Positions 1 to 8,474 of a DNA stretch of 64,000 nucleotides are shown here, piece after piece (the first letter of the stretch is position 1; each line of letters opens with the position of its first letter). The translations under genes were made by a program, and so were the position numbers. The stretch covers positions 13,054 through 77,053 of the forward strand of contig MHNE01000008.1 of assembly GCA_001819605.1 (NCBI GenBank), written 5' to 3'. The DNA comes from Candidatus Portnoybacteria bacterium RIFCSPLOWO2_01_FULL_43_11. Lineage in GTDB: Bacteria > Patescibacteriota > Minisyncoccia > Portnoybacterales > UBA2143. Below the pieces are notes generated by a model. That model was not told the origin of the DNA and searched no databases. It saw only the letters and a list, made by a program, of their open reading frames with translations.

Positions 1-230
1 AACAATTAACACTCAACATTTAACTTTTGACAAAAAAGAATTTAATTTTCTAAAAAAATTCGTGCTGTTAATTGTCAATTGTAAATTGTTAACTGTCCGT
101 GAGCTGTGCTCACGCAGACGGGCGTTACCCGCTACCCTGCTCCTTGATTAAAAATCAAGGGAGTGCCCGGACTTTCCTCTCCCGCGCTTAGAAAAAACAC
201 GGAAGCGACTATCTGGCTTACCTGCCTGGC
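1..230 (-). ncRNA. rnpB: RNase P RNA, 5' part (continues off the window start)
   Basis: Minus strand reads GGCAGGTAAGCCAGATAGTCGC...GAGGAAAGTCCGGGC...CAGGGTAGCGGGTAACGCCCG, the P1/P2/P4/P8 signature. Ends approximate. Confidence 0.92.
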
Positions 231-260
231 GCTGAAATCTTAAGAACTTGAACTATTTTT

Positions 261-288
261 ATATTACCATAAATAAAGTCTTTGTCAA
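261..288 (-). promoter_or_regulatory. sigma70-type promoter of rnpB
   Basis: TTGACA-16 nt-TAATAT with extended TG on the minus strand. Confidence 0.7.
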
Positions 289-302
289 ATAATTCCGGAA
301 AC

Positions 303-737
303 CTACAAAAGCATTTGATTCCTGCCTTGGTTGTCCAAAGCTTCGTTGACTAATCTGTCCGCTTCCTGATTTTCTTCTCTTTTAATTTGCTTAAAACTTA
401 CTTTCCCAAAATCCAAAAGCAGATTCCAGATTTTAAGAAATAATTTTCCTAAATTTTCTTCCTGAATTTTATACTGATGATTTAATTGTTTGGCGACGAG
501 CTCGCTGTCTAAGCGAATTTTTATTTCCATGGTCTTGATTTTTTCTTTGCCAAATAAAGCCCTGACTTTTTTCAAGGCAAAAATCACCGCGGAATATTCG
601 GCCTCGTTATTAGTCGCTTCTTCAATGTATTCGGAATATTTTTTTGTCGGCTGATTTTTGTCGTTACAAATAACCACGCCGATAGCGGCCGGTCCCGGGT
701 TGCCCCTTGACCCGCCGTCGGTATAAATAATAATCAC
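303..737 (-). CDS. rnhA: ribonuclease HI family protein
   Basis: YTDGGSRGNPG, TNNEAEY, DSELV, NQEADRL motifs. Confidence 0.9.
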   Translation of the reverse strand: MIIIYTDGGSRGNPGPAAIGVVICNDKNQPTKKYSEYIEEATNNEAEYSAVIFALKKVRALFGKEKIKTMEIKIRLDSELVAKQLNHQYKIQEENLGKLFLKIWNLLLDFGKVSFKQIKREENQEADRLVNEALDNQGRNQMLL

Positions 738-828
738 TAATATTTATCACGAATTCATTCCCGAATATACACGAATAATTGCTCACAAATATAATTATTA
801 TATTCGTGATAATTCGTGTAAAAATTTG
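733..828. repeat. AT-rich short-unit inverted repeat tract (CACGAAT-type)
   Basis: CACTAAT/CACGAAT/CACAAAT units followed by ATTCGTG units; related to 50302-50390. Confidence 0.6.
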
Positions 829-833
829 AGATT

Positions 834-2606
834 TTATTCGTGATTTTTCAAATCCACAATCTTCATCTGTAAGTCCCGTCTTCCGTTCCATTCGTCCACT
901 ATAAATTTAAAAACTACATCAATTTTATCGCCTGTTTTAAATCCCTTTATTTTTTCTCCCAAACCAAAACCAATGGCTTTTATTCTTTTAATTAATTTTG
1001 ACTGATGAAGCGCCGCGGTCAATTCCAGCTTTAAATGTTTTCCGTTATTGCCTACCACTTTTATATCGCTAATTTCTAGCCCTCGGACTAAAAATTTTGG
1101 CTCGGGGTTGGCTTGACCAAAAGGAGCGAAAGATTGAATCTGGTCGTAATTTTTAAAAGACATTTCATCTGCTGAAAGTTGGCTGTCAATTTCTAAGACG
1201 GGTTTTAAGTCTTCGTCTTTGAGTCCTTGATCGGCTATGGTTGAAATTAGTTTTTTGAACGGTTCTAAATTTTTTCTTAAAATATTAAAACCGGCGGCGC
1301 CGGGATGACCGCCAAAATCATTTAATAAATCAGCGCCCTTTGAAATTGCTTCAATTATATTAAATTGAGGGATACTTCGGCAAGAAGCAAGAATAAATTC
1401 TTTGTCTAAATGAAAAATAATGCTCGGCCGGTGGTATTTTTCACTGATTTTACCGGCCGCCAATCCAACCACGCCAGCCGGCCACCCCTCGTCTCCTTCA
1501 ATAATAATTTTATTAAGTTTGGAAGAATGATTTAACCGCCTTTCTATTTCCCGAATAACCCTATCTACCAGCTGTTGTCTCTGACGATTAAGCATATCTA
1601 AATGTTTGGCTATGTCTTCCGCTTCTTTCTTTGATTCAGTCATTAAAAGCTGATAAGCGGTGTTGGCGTGGTCAAGCCGATAAGCGACATTAAGCCGAGG
1701 CGCTAAAACAAAACCAAGAGAATAAGCGTCAAGATTCGTAGAAGGCGGCTCGCCGTTTAAAGAATGCTTGGTTATAGCCGGATTCAACCGGGCTATCTTC
1801 ATCAGTTCCTGAAGCCCGATTCTTTTAGTTTGAGCTAAAACTCCTAAACCGTATTTAACCAAGGTTCTGTTTTCTCCGACCAAAGGCATAACATCGGCGA
1901 TAGTGGCTAAGGCAACTAAATCCAAAAACCATTTTTCGCTCTCTTCTTTATAATAAATATTTTTAGAAACACTCTGGTAATTACTTTTTAAAAGAGCTTG
2001 AGCCAGTTTAAAAGCAACGCCGGCGCCGGCTAAGTCTTTAAAAGGATATTTATCGCCGGGCTGATGCGGATTTACGATAACTTTAGCCGCTGGCATTTTT
2101 TTTAGACAGCGGTGATGGTCAACTATAATAAATTCCGCTCCCAAGGAATTAGCCAATTTCACTTCTTTGACATTAGTGATGCCGCAATCTAAAGTAATAA
2201 TCAGTTGCGTCCCCTGACTTATTAATTCCTTAATCGCTTCTGATTTTAAGCCATGGCCTTCTCTGTTTCTGTCAGGAATATAGATATTTAAGTTTTTAGC
2301 CCCGATTCTTCTTAAAGCGGTCATTAAAATAGCGCTTGAAGAAACTCCGTCCGCGTCATAGTCTCCGTAAACTGCTATTTTTTCCTGTTTTTTAACGGCT
2401 TTCAAAATCCGACTAACCGCTTTTTTCATTCCCTTAAATAAAAATGGGTCATGAAGATCCTGCTCGTAATCAGAATTAAAAAACTCATCTATTCGCGGTT
2501 GAGTTTTTAATTCCCGATTATATAAAAGCCGTAAAACCAAAGGGCTGTATTCGGGAAATTGTTTAATAAAATTTTCCGGCGCTTTCGGTTTAAGGTGCCA
2601 GTTCAT
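834..2606 (-). CDS. recJ: ssDNA exonuclease RecJ
   Basis: YGDYDADG, DHH, GGHPGAAG motifs; start moved to MNWHLK. Confidence 0.95.
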   Translation of the reverse strand: MNWHLKPKAPENFIKQFPEYSPLVLRLLYNRELKTQPRIDEFFNSDYEQDLHDPFLFKGMKKAVSRILKAVKKQEKIAVYGDYDADGVSSSAILMTALRRIGAKNLNIYIPDRNREGHGLKSEAIKELISQGTQLIITLDCGITNVKEVKLANSLGAEFIIVDHHRCLKKMPAAKVIVNPHQPGDKYPFKDLAGAGVAFKLAQALLKSNYQSVSKNIYYKEESEKWFLDLVALATIADVMPLVGENRTLVKYGLGVLAQTKRIGLQELMKIARLNPAITKHSLNGEPPSTNLDAYSLGFVLAPRLNVAYRLDHANTAYQLLMTESKKEAEDIAKHLDMLNRQRQQLVDRVIREIERRLNHSSKLNKIIIEGDEGWPAGVVGLAAGKISEKYHRPSIIFHLDKEFILASCRSIPQFNIIEAISKGADLLNDFGGHPGAAGFNILRKNLEPFKKLISTIADQGLKDEDLKPVLEIDSQLSADEMSFKNYDQIQSFAPFGQANPEPKFLVRGLEISDIKVVGNNGKHLKLELTAALHQSKLIKRIKAIGFGLGEKIKGFKTGDKIDVVFKFIVDEWNGRRDLQMKIVDLKNHE

Positions 2607-2611
2607 AAAAA

Positions 2612-3778
2612 TTATTTTAGGGCTTCTATGCCCGGCAATTTCTCGCCAGCCAAAAATTGAAGCATGGCTCCGCCACCGGTGGAGATATGGCTGATTTTTT
2701 CTGTTAAACTTAACTGGCTCAAACAATTCACAGTGTCTCCGCCGCCAACTAAAGAAAAAGCCGAGCTTTGAGCAATGGCTTTTGCTATTTCTTTTGTTCC
2801 TTGAGTAAATTTCTCCGTTTCAAAAAGGCCCATCGGACCATTCCAAATAATTATTTTGGCCTGACTGATAATCCTTTTAAAAAGCTCAATAGTGTCCGGC
2901 CCAATATCTAAAATCATTTCTTCTTTTTGGGTATTGCCAACCGGGGCCACCCTGCTCGGAGCTTGACCGCTTGAATCAACAGAAACAACAACATCTACCG
3001 GAATATGAAGTTTAATATTAGTCAGCTCTAATTTTTGTACTTCCTCTACCATTTCTTCCTCAACGATTGACTTACCAATGGCCAGTCCCTTGGCACCGAT
3101 AACCGTATTGGCCAAAGCGCCGCCCAAAATTAAATCATCTGCCTTATCTAAAAAGTTCTTAATCATTTTAATTTTAGTGGAAATTTTCACTCCCCCAATT
3201 ATCACCGTTAACGGATGTTCGGGTTTCTCTAAAAGAGTAGAAAGAACTTTAACTTCTTTTTCCAAAAGTAAACCAGCGCAACTAGGTAAATATTTAGGCA
3301 GACCAACAAATGAAGCATGAGCCCGATGACTTGTGCCAAAGGCATCGTTGACATATATTTCGCCTAATTTAGCCAAACCCCGAATAAAATCTTCCTGATT
3401 ATTTTTTTCTCCCGGATAAAAACGGATGTTTTCTAATAAAATAATTTCTCCTTTTTGAAGAGCTTTCAACCTTTCTTCGACTTCCCGGCCAAGACAGTCA
3501 TCCAATTTAATAACGGGTCGGCCCAAAAGTTCTTCTAATCTTTGAGCGATTGGATTTAAACGCAAGTTCTCTATAATTTTGCCCTCGGGTCTTCCAAGGT
3601 GAGCTAAAAGAATGATTTTAGCTTTTTGGTTTAATAAATAATTTATAGTCGGAAGAGTTGCTTTTAGGCGCCAATCTTCTTTATCATCAACTCGTCCATC
3701 ATCGCCAAAAGAAACATTAAAATCAGCCCGAACCAGAACGCGTTTATTATAAAAATTAAAATCGCGGAGAAATTTCAT
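2612..3778 (-). CDS. pgk: phosphoglycerate kinase
   Basis: RADFNV, HLGRP, LLENIRF, WNGPMG, STGGGA. Confidence 0.97.
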   Translation of the reverse strand: MKFLRDFNFYNKRVLVRADFNVSFGDDGRVDDKEDWRLKATLPTINYLLNQKAKIILLAHLGRPEGKIIENLRLNPIAQRLEELLGRPVIKLDDCLGREVEERLKALQKGEIILLENIRFYPGEKNNQEDFIRGLAKLGEIYVNDAFGTSHRAHASFVGLPKYLPSCAGLLLEKEVKVLSTLLEKPEHPLTVIIGGVKISTKIKMIKNFLDKADDLILGGALANTVIGAKGLAIGKSIVEEEMVEEVQKLELTNIKLHIPVDVVVSVDSSGQAPSRVAPVGNTQKEEMILDIGPDTIELFKRIISQAKIIIWNGPMGLFETEKFTQGTKEIAKAIAQSSAFSLVGGGDTVNCLSQLSLTEKISHISTGGGAMLQFLAGEKLPGIEALK

Positions 3779-4553
3779 AAACTCCTTTTACTATTCTTAT
3801 AAACTCGCTCGCATTAAGAGAGGCTCCTCCCACCAATAGCCCGTTCATTCCGGCTTTTTTAATGTAATCAGAGCTATTTTTGGCCGTCACGCTTCCGCCG
3901 TAAAGAATTTTTATTTCTTCGGCCAGCCGGCGGCTGTAGAGTTTGCTTAAAATTTTTTTAATAAATAATCTGGCCTGCATTGCCTCGTCAGAAGAACAGG
4001 AAACCCCGTTATTGGAACTAATGGCCCAAACCGGTTCATAAACAATAATTACATCGTTTATTCGATTGGAAGAAATACCCGCGACAGCTTTCTCTAATTG
4101 CTCTTGAACAATTAAATTCATTTCATTGAGCTGTTTCCCCTCTGAATCAAAAGTATCCTTCGTCTCTTCGCCAAGGCAAAAAATCGGCTTAAGCCGCGCT
4201 TTTAGAGCCGCTTTAATTTTTTTATTAATTATTTCGTCTGTTTCGCCGAAATATCTGCGTCTTTCAGAATGGCCGACAATAACGTACTGACAGCCTAAAT
4301 CTTTTAACATCAAAGGGGAAACTTCGCCGGTAAAAGCGCCTTTCTGCTCCCAGTGGCAATCTTGAGCGCCTAAAATAAAATTTAAAGTCTTAAGATTAAA
4401 ACCCGATAAATAAATATACGGCGGGCAAATAACGACTTCAATATCTTTTGTCAGTTTAATTCCGCCATTGATAACTTTTAAAAGATGCTCCGCTTCTTTT
4501 CTGGTAAGGGGATTGCACTTCCAATTGGCGATGATTAGTGTTTTTTTGTCCAT
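3756..4553 (-). CDS. tpiA: triosephosphate isomerase
   Basis: NWKCN, GHSERR, YEPVWAI, LVGGASL. Confidence 0.97.
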   Translation of the reverse strand: MDKKTLIIANWKCNPLTRKEAEHLLKVINGGIKLTKDIEVVICPPYIYLSGFNLKTLNFILGAQDCHWEQKGAFTGEVSPLMLKDLGCQYVIVGHSERRRYFGETDEIINKKIKAALKARLKPIFCLGEETKDTFDSEGKQLNEMNLIVQEQLEKAVAGISSNRINDVIIVYEPVWAISSNNGVSCSSDEAMQARLFIKKILSKLYSRRLAEEIKILYGGSVTAKNSSDYIKKAGMNGLLVGGASLNASEFIRIVKGVYEISPRF

Positions 4554-4560
4554 ATATATT

Positions 4561-5016
4561 TCAAATCACTGAAAAACTAAGACTAATTAAAGTAACTATT
4601 ATACCGGCTATAATAACGCCCAAAGAAATTAAAGGCAGGGCTTTTTTAAAGGGTATGTCAAAAACAAAAGCGGCCACGGCGCCGCTCCAGCCGCCGGTCA
4701 GGGGCAAAGGAATGGCCACAAAAGTAACCAAAGCTAAACCGCCCCAGACTTCAAACTGACGGCTGTGGTTTTTCCGCGTCCTTTCAAAAAGCCAGGCGAA
4801 AAATCGGTTAAAAAAATAATTATGATGGCTTAGATATTTTGATAAAGGCTCTAACAGCCAAAGAAGAAAAATCACAGGGAGAATATTACCTAATACGGCC
4901 CAAAAAAAAGCGTTCAGGGGCGAGAGATTGTAAATTCCCAAAGCCATTGGAATAGCGCCGCGCAGTTCAAAGATCGGCGAAGCCGCTATAAGAAAAGTTA
5001 TTAGTTGAGGAGGCAT
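4561..5016 (-). CDS. COG2426-type small multidrug-export-like membrane protein
   Basis: PIFELRGAIP and FVAIPLPLTGGW motifs; 4 hydrophobic helices. Confidence 0.8.
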   Translation of the reverse strand: MPPQLITFLIAASPIFELRGAIPMALGIYNLSPLNAFFWAVLGNILPVIFLLWLLEPLSKYLSHHNYFFNRFFAWLFERTRKNHSRQFEVWGGLALVTFVAIPLPLTGGWSGAVAAFVFDIPFKKALPLISLGVIIAGIIVTLISLSFSVI

Positions 5017-5038
5017 AAGTGGATTAGTAATGAGTAAT

Positions 5039-6031
5039 TTATTGTTTTTTCAAAAACTCCGCTGCCTTTTCCGGCTCAATGGTAGAAATCTCTATGCCGG
5101 TGCCTAATTCAAATCCGGCCCAAACCGCGGTCTTTGGCAGAATAATCAAATGCCAATGATAATGCTTATAACTTCCGCTGTCTAAGGGCGCCGTGTGAAA
5201 ATAAAAATTATAAGCCGGATCGTTAAGCCCCTGATAAATCTTGTTTAAAGCGACACGGAAAGCGTCGGTAAAAAAATCTTTTTCTTCTTCGCTCATTTTT
5301 TCAAAATAAGCCGAGTGCTCTTTGGGATAAATTCTGACTTCAAAAGAAACTTGGGAAGCAAAAGGGCAAAGAACAATAAATTTATCGTTTTCATAAACAA
5401 CGCGCTGTCCGTCTTTTATGTCCCAATCAATCATCGCGCAGTAAACGCATTTTCTATTTTTTTGATAATACATCTCCGCCCCTTCTAAACTCCCCCTTAA
5501 ATCCGGATCCATAACCGGAATCGCGATCAATTGAGAGTGCGGATGAGCCACTGTGGCGCCCGCTTCTTTTTTATGATTATGAAAAATAGAAATGTATTTT
5601 ATGAATTTTTCCTTCATCAAGTCTAAATACCTTGACTGGTAAGCGTCAATTACTTCCCTAATTTCTTCTTTGGAAAATTGAGCCATTTGTTTTTTATGAT
5701 CGCGAGTAACAATCACCTCGTGGAAACCAAGGCCGTTCATCGCTTTATTGGGGCCCTCTGTCCGTTCATTAGGCTCTTCTCCTTTAGAAAAAGCCGGATA
5801 TTTGTTGTCCACGACCAATAAACTCCATGAACCGTCCGGTTTATCGTGTCTTAATTTTATTCCTTGTTCTTCTAAAATTTTAGTTTGGCAAAAAGGACAA
5901 TCTTTTTCCAGAATCATCTCTTTGGCTCTTTTATGTTTGGCAAAAGTCTCGGGTCTTTTACCCCGACCGGTGGCAATGACCACCCAGTCATTGGAAACTA
6001 AATCTAAACGTAGTTCTGACGCGGAATTCAT
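5039..6031 (-). CDS. galT: galactose-1-phosphate uridylyltransferase
   Basis: CPFC, NKYPA, HPHSQ catalytic motif, YHWH, AGFELGTG. Confidence 0.9.
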   Translation of the reverse strand: MNSASELRLDLVSNDWVVIATGRGKRPETFAKHKRAKEMILEKDCPFCQTKILEEQGIKLRHDKPDGSWSLLVVDNKYPAFSKGEEPNERTEGPNKAMNGLGFHEVIVTRDHKKQMAQFSKEEIREVIDAYQSRYLDLMKEKFIKYISIFHNHKKEAGATVAHPHSQLIAIPVMDPDLRGSLEGAEMYYQKNRKCVYCAMIDWDIKDGQRVVYENDKFIVLCPFASQVSFEVRIYPKEHSAYFEKMSEEEKDFFTDAFRVALNKIYQGLNDPAYNFYFHTAPLDSGSYKHYHWHLIILPKTAVWAGFELGTGIEISTIEPEKAAEFLKKQ

Positions 6032-6052
6032 AAATATTTTAAATTTCTAATT

Positions 6053-6796
6053 TTAAATTTTCAATTGATACTTATCCGTAATTAAATTCCATTTAATTTT
6101 AAAAAGCTCGGCAAATGTTTTAAGATACCCCTTCCAATTGACACGGCTGTTTGGATTATTAACCCAATAAACGGGAATAATCGCTATTTTATAACCCAAG
6201 CGTCTGGCCAAAGCCAGTGCTTCAATGTCAAAACCCCAGCGGTCAATCAGGCACTTGGAAAAAATATTTTGGGCCGCTTCGGCTGAAAAAACTTTGAAGC
6301 CGCATTGAGTATCCCAGATGCCCGGCACAGCCACCAGCTGAATTAAAAGATTCGCGGAATTACCCAATTGTCTTTTTAAAAATGATTGAGACACGGCCTG
6401 TTTGGCTCCGGCCGCGTCTTTTCTGTCCCTTGAGCCGATAACCACTTCAAAGCCCTCTTTTAAAAAGGGCCATATTTTTTCCAAATGTTCCACGCTGGTA
6501 GCATTATCCGCGTCCATAAAAAGACGGTATTGGCCTTTGGCCTCAAGCATCCCCCTTCTCACCACATAACCCTTGCCGCGATTGGACTGGTTGTCAATCA
6601 GCCGTAAATTCTTAATTAAATTTTTAAAATTTTCAACTATCTTACCTGTTTTATCTTTTGAGCCGTCGTTCACCACCAAAATTTCATAGGAATAATTTTG
6701 TTTGGAAAGATAATTATCAACAGCCAGCAATGTGTTGCTGATAGACTTTTCTTCGTTGTAAGCCGGAATAATGACTGACAAATGAATTTTGTCCAT
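6053..6796 (-). CDS. GT2 glycosyltransferase (dolichyl-phosphate glucosyltransferase-like)
   Basis: IIPAYNEE, DGSKD, MDAD, DTQCGFK, GFDIE; start moved to MDKIHL. Confidence 0.88.
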   Translation of the reverse strand: MDKIHLSVIIPAYNEEKSISNTLLAVDNYLSKQNYSYEILVVNDGSKDKTGKIVENFKNLIKNLRLIDNQSNRGKGYVVRRGMLEAKGQYRLFMDADNATSVEHLEKIWPFLKEGFEVVIGSRDRKDAAGAKQAVSQSFLKRQLGNSANLLIQLVAVPGIWDTQCGFKVFSAEAAQNIFSKCLIDRWGFDIEALALARRLGYKIAIIPVYWVNNPNSRVNWKGYLKTFAELFKIKWNLITDKYQLKI

Positions 6797-6875
6797 AGGA
6801 ATTATTTTAGTATAACACACTTCTCCTAATCAGCAAAATCTTGAAAATTATTTGTAGTTCTGTTAGTCTCTAATT

Positions 6876-7011
6876 AATAAGGAGGATGACTTTTGGAAAC
6901 GTGAAAAATCCCCAGCGAGGATTTTTCACTCAAGCTTCCGCTCGCTCTTTCTGCTTCGCAGAAAACCGTGCCCGCTCGCTCCAGATTGTTCCAAAAGTCA
7001 TCCTCCTTATT
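6876..7011. mobile_element. MITE-like element with perfect 23-bp terminal inverted repeats
   Basis: AATAAGGAGGATGACTTTTGGAA (6876-6898) / TTCCAAAAGTCATCCTCCTTATT (6989-7011); TAATT on both flanks; structured core. Confidence 0.7.
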
Positions 7012-7022
7012 TAATTATTTTA

Positions 7023-8123
7023 ATGTCCAAATATCATATTATAACCTACGGATGCCAAATGAATAAATCAGACAGCGAACGGATTGCGGCTCAACTGGAA
7101 AAACAAGGCCATCAAGCGGCTCAAAAATTAGCCGAGGCGGATTTAATCGTACTCAATGCTTGTTCAGTCCGCCAATCAGCCATTGACCGGCTTTACGCCA
7201 AAATCAATCAACTCAAAACTAAAAACTCAAAACTAAAAACTATCCTGACTGGTTGTCTGCTTAAAAAAGATAGAGAAAAATTAAAAAACCAGGTTAATGA
7301 ACTCTGGCCTTTCTGCGATTTCTCCATTAAGCCGAAATATCAATCATTAAAAACAGCTTATATGCCGATTATGACCGGTTGTAATAATTTTTGCAGTTAT
7401 TGCGCTGTCCCTTATACGCGCGGCCCGGAACGCTCAAGACCGGCTAAAGAAATTATCAAAGAAGTGAAAGATTTAGTTAAAAACGGCTGTAAAGAAATTA
7501 TTTTACTGGGGCAGAATGTGAATAGTTATAATAACGTCATTCTGAGCGAAGCGAAGAATCTCGCGGCAAATAGTAAATCCACGGGATCCTTCGCTAAAGC
7601 TCAAGATGACAAATTGAAAGGGGTTAGTTTTCCCGGCTTACTCCGGATACTCAACAATATCCCGGGTGATTTCCAACTTAAATTTCTTACTTCTCACCCA
7701 AAAGATATGTCCGATGAATTGATTGAAACAATAAGCCAAAGTAAAAAAATAGCTAAAGAAATCCATCTGCCGATTCAGTCCGGCGATAATCAAATTCTTA
7801 AAAAAATGAACCGGGGCTATACGGTCAGCCATTACAAAAATCTCATAAAAAAAATCCGCCGAAAAATTCCGGAGGTTAAAATTTCAACTGACATCATTGT
7901 CGGCTTTCCCACAGAAACAAAAAAACAATTCCAAAATACGGCTCAACTGATAAAATGGGCTAAATTTGACAGCGCTTACATTGCCCGTTACTCTCCCAGG
8001 CCCGGCACTGCCGCGGCAAAACTAAAAGATAATGTGTCTAACGATGAAAAGAAAAGAAGATGGAAAATTTTACAAGACTTTTTAGACAAAAATAAAAATG
8101 GAGTAGCGAAGCGAACGAAGTGA
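7023..8123 (+). CDS. miaB: tRNA methylthiotransferase MiaB-family radical SAM enzyme, no TRAM domain
   Basis: TYGCQMN, NACSVR, CNNFCSYC, LLGQNVNSY, DIIVGFP, YSPRPGT. Confidence 0.88.
   Translation: MSKYHIITYGCQMNKSDSERIAAQLEKQGHQAAQKLAEADLIVLNACSVRQSAIDRLYAKINQLKTKNSKLKTILTGCLLKKDREKLKNQVNELWPFCDFSIKPKYQSLKTAYMPIMTGCNNFCSYCAVPYTRGPERSRPAKEIIKEVKDLVKNGCKEIILLGQNVNSYNNVILSEAKNLAANSKSTGSFAKAQDDKLKGVSFPGLLRILNNIPGDFQLKFLTSHPKDMSDELIETISQSKKIAKEIHLPIQSGDNQILKKMNRGYTVSHYKNLIKKIRRKIPEVKISTDIIVGFPTETKKQFQNTAQLIKWAKFDSAYIARYSPRPGTAAAKLKDNVSNDEKKRRWKILQDFLDKNKNGVAKRTK
7536..7610. repeat. 75-bp palindromic element in frame within miaB
   Basis: GTCATTCTGAGCGAAGCGAAGAATCTCGCGG...CCACGGGATCCTTCGCTAAAGCTCAAGATGAC. 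Confidence 0.8.
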
Positions 8124-8161
8124 GCTTCGCGATTATCGCGGAGCTTCGCTCCGCTACTCCA
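8099..8161. repeat. 63-bp palindromic element, copy 1; supplies the miaB C-terminus and stop
   Basis: TGGAGTAGCG...CGCTACTCCA; inverted near-identical copy at 45870-45932. Confidence 0.85.
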
Positions 8162-8167
8162 GATAAT

Positions 8168-8468
8168 AAAAAAGCGGGCCTTTATAGCCCCAAAAAGAAA
8201 AAAGGAACTGTAGAGAGTTTAGCGATTATGGATGTCTATTAGGACATCCGGCTTTTCGCTACAGTTCCTGTTATTGAAATCGCAGAGGAGGCCGCTGGGC
8301 CTAGTGGATGGTGGTAAGCCGGGCGGAGGGGCCCGTACGGCCACTCTGCGATTTCGTTTTTTTTCGGCGGAGACTGCGCTTAATTATTATAGGTTAACCT
8401 GCGCTTTTCGGATAACCTACACTCAGCACAGGCCGCAGTCCCCCTCTCAAAGAACTAGGTGCCTAACT
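8168..8468 (-). ncRNA. putative novel structured ncRNA with three long hairpins
   Basis: Consensus promoter upstream; stems 8369-78/8434-43, 8276-87/8344-55, 8203-13/8259-69; U-tract after the last stem; no credible ORF. Confidence 0.6.
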
Positions 8469-8474
8469 ATTGCC

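Noticed and set aside
664-891. 75-aa ORF over the recJ-rnhA spacer and the many short antisense ORFs inside core genes
   Set aside because: They overlap well-supported genes or repeat tracts and have no independent evidence.
8168-8468. tmRNA, SRP or 6S identity for the structured RNA
   Set aside because: No tRNA-like ends or tag ORF, no SRP GGAA domain-IV motif, and not a single rod with a central bubble. A formal Rfam scan is still needed.
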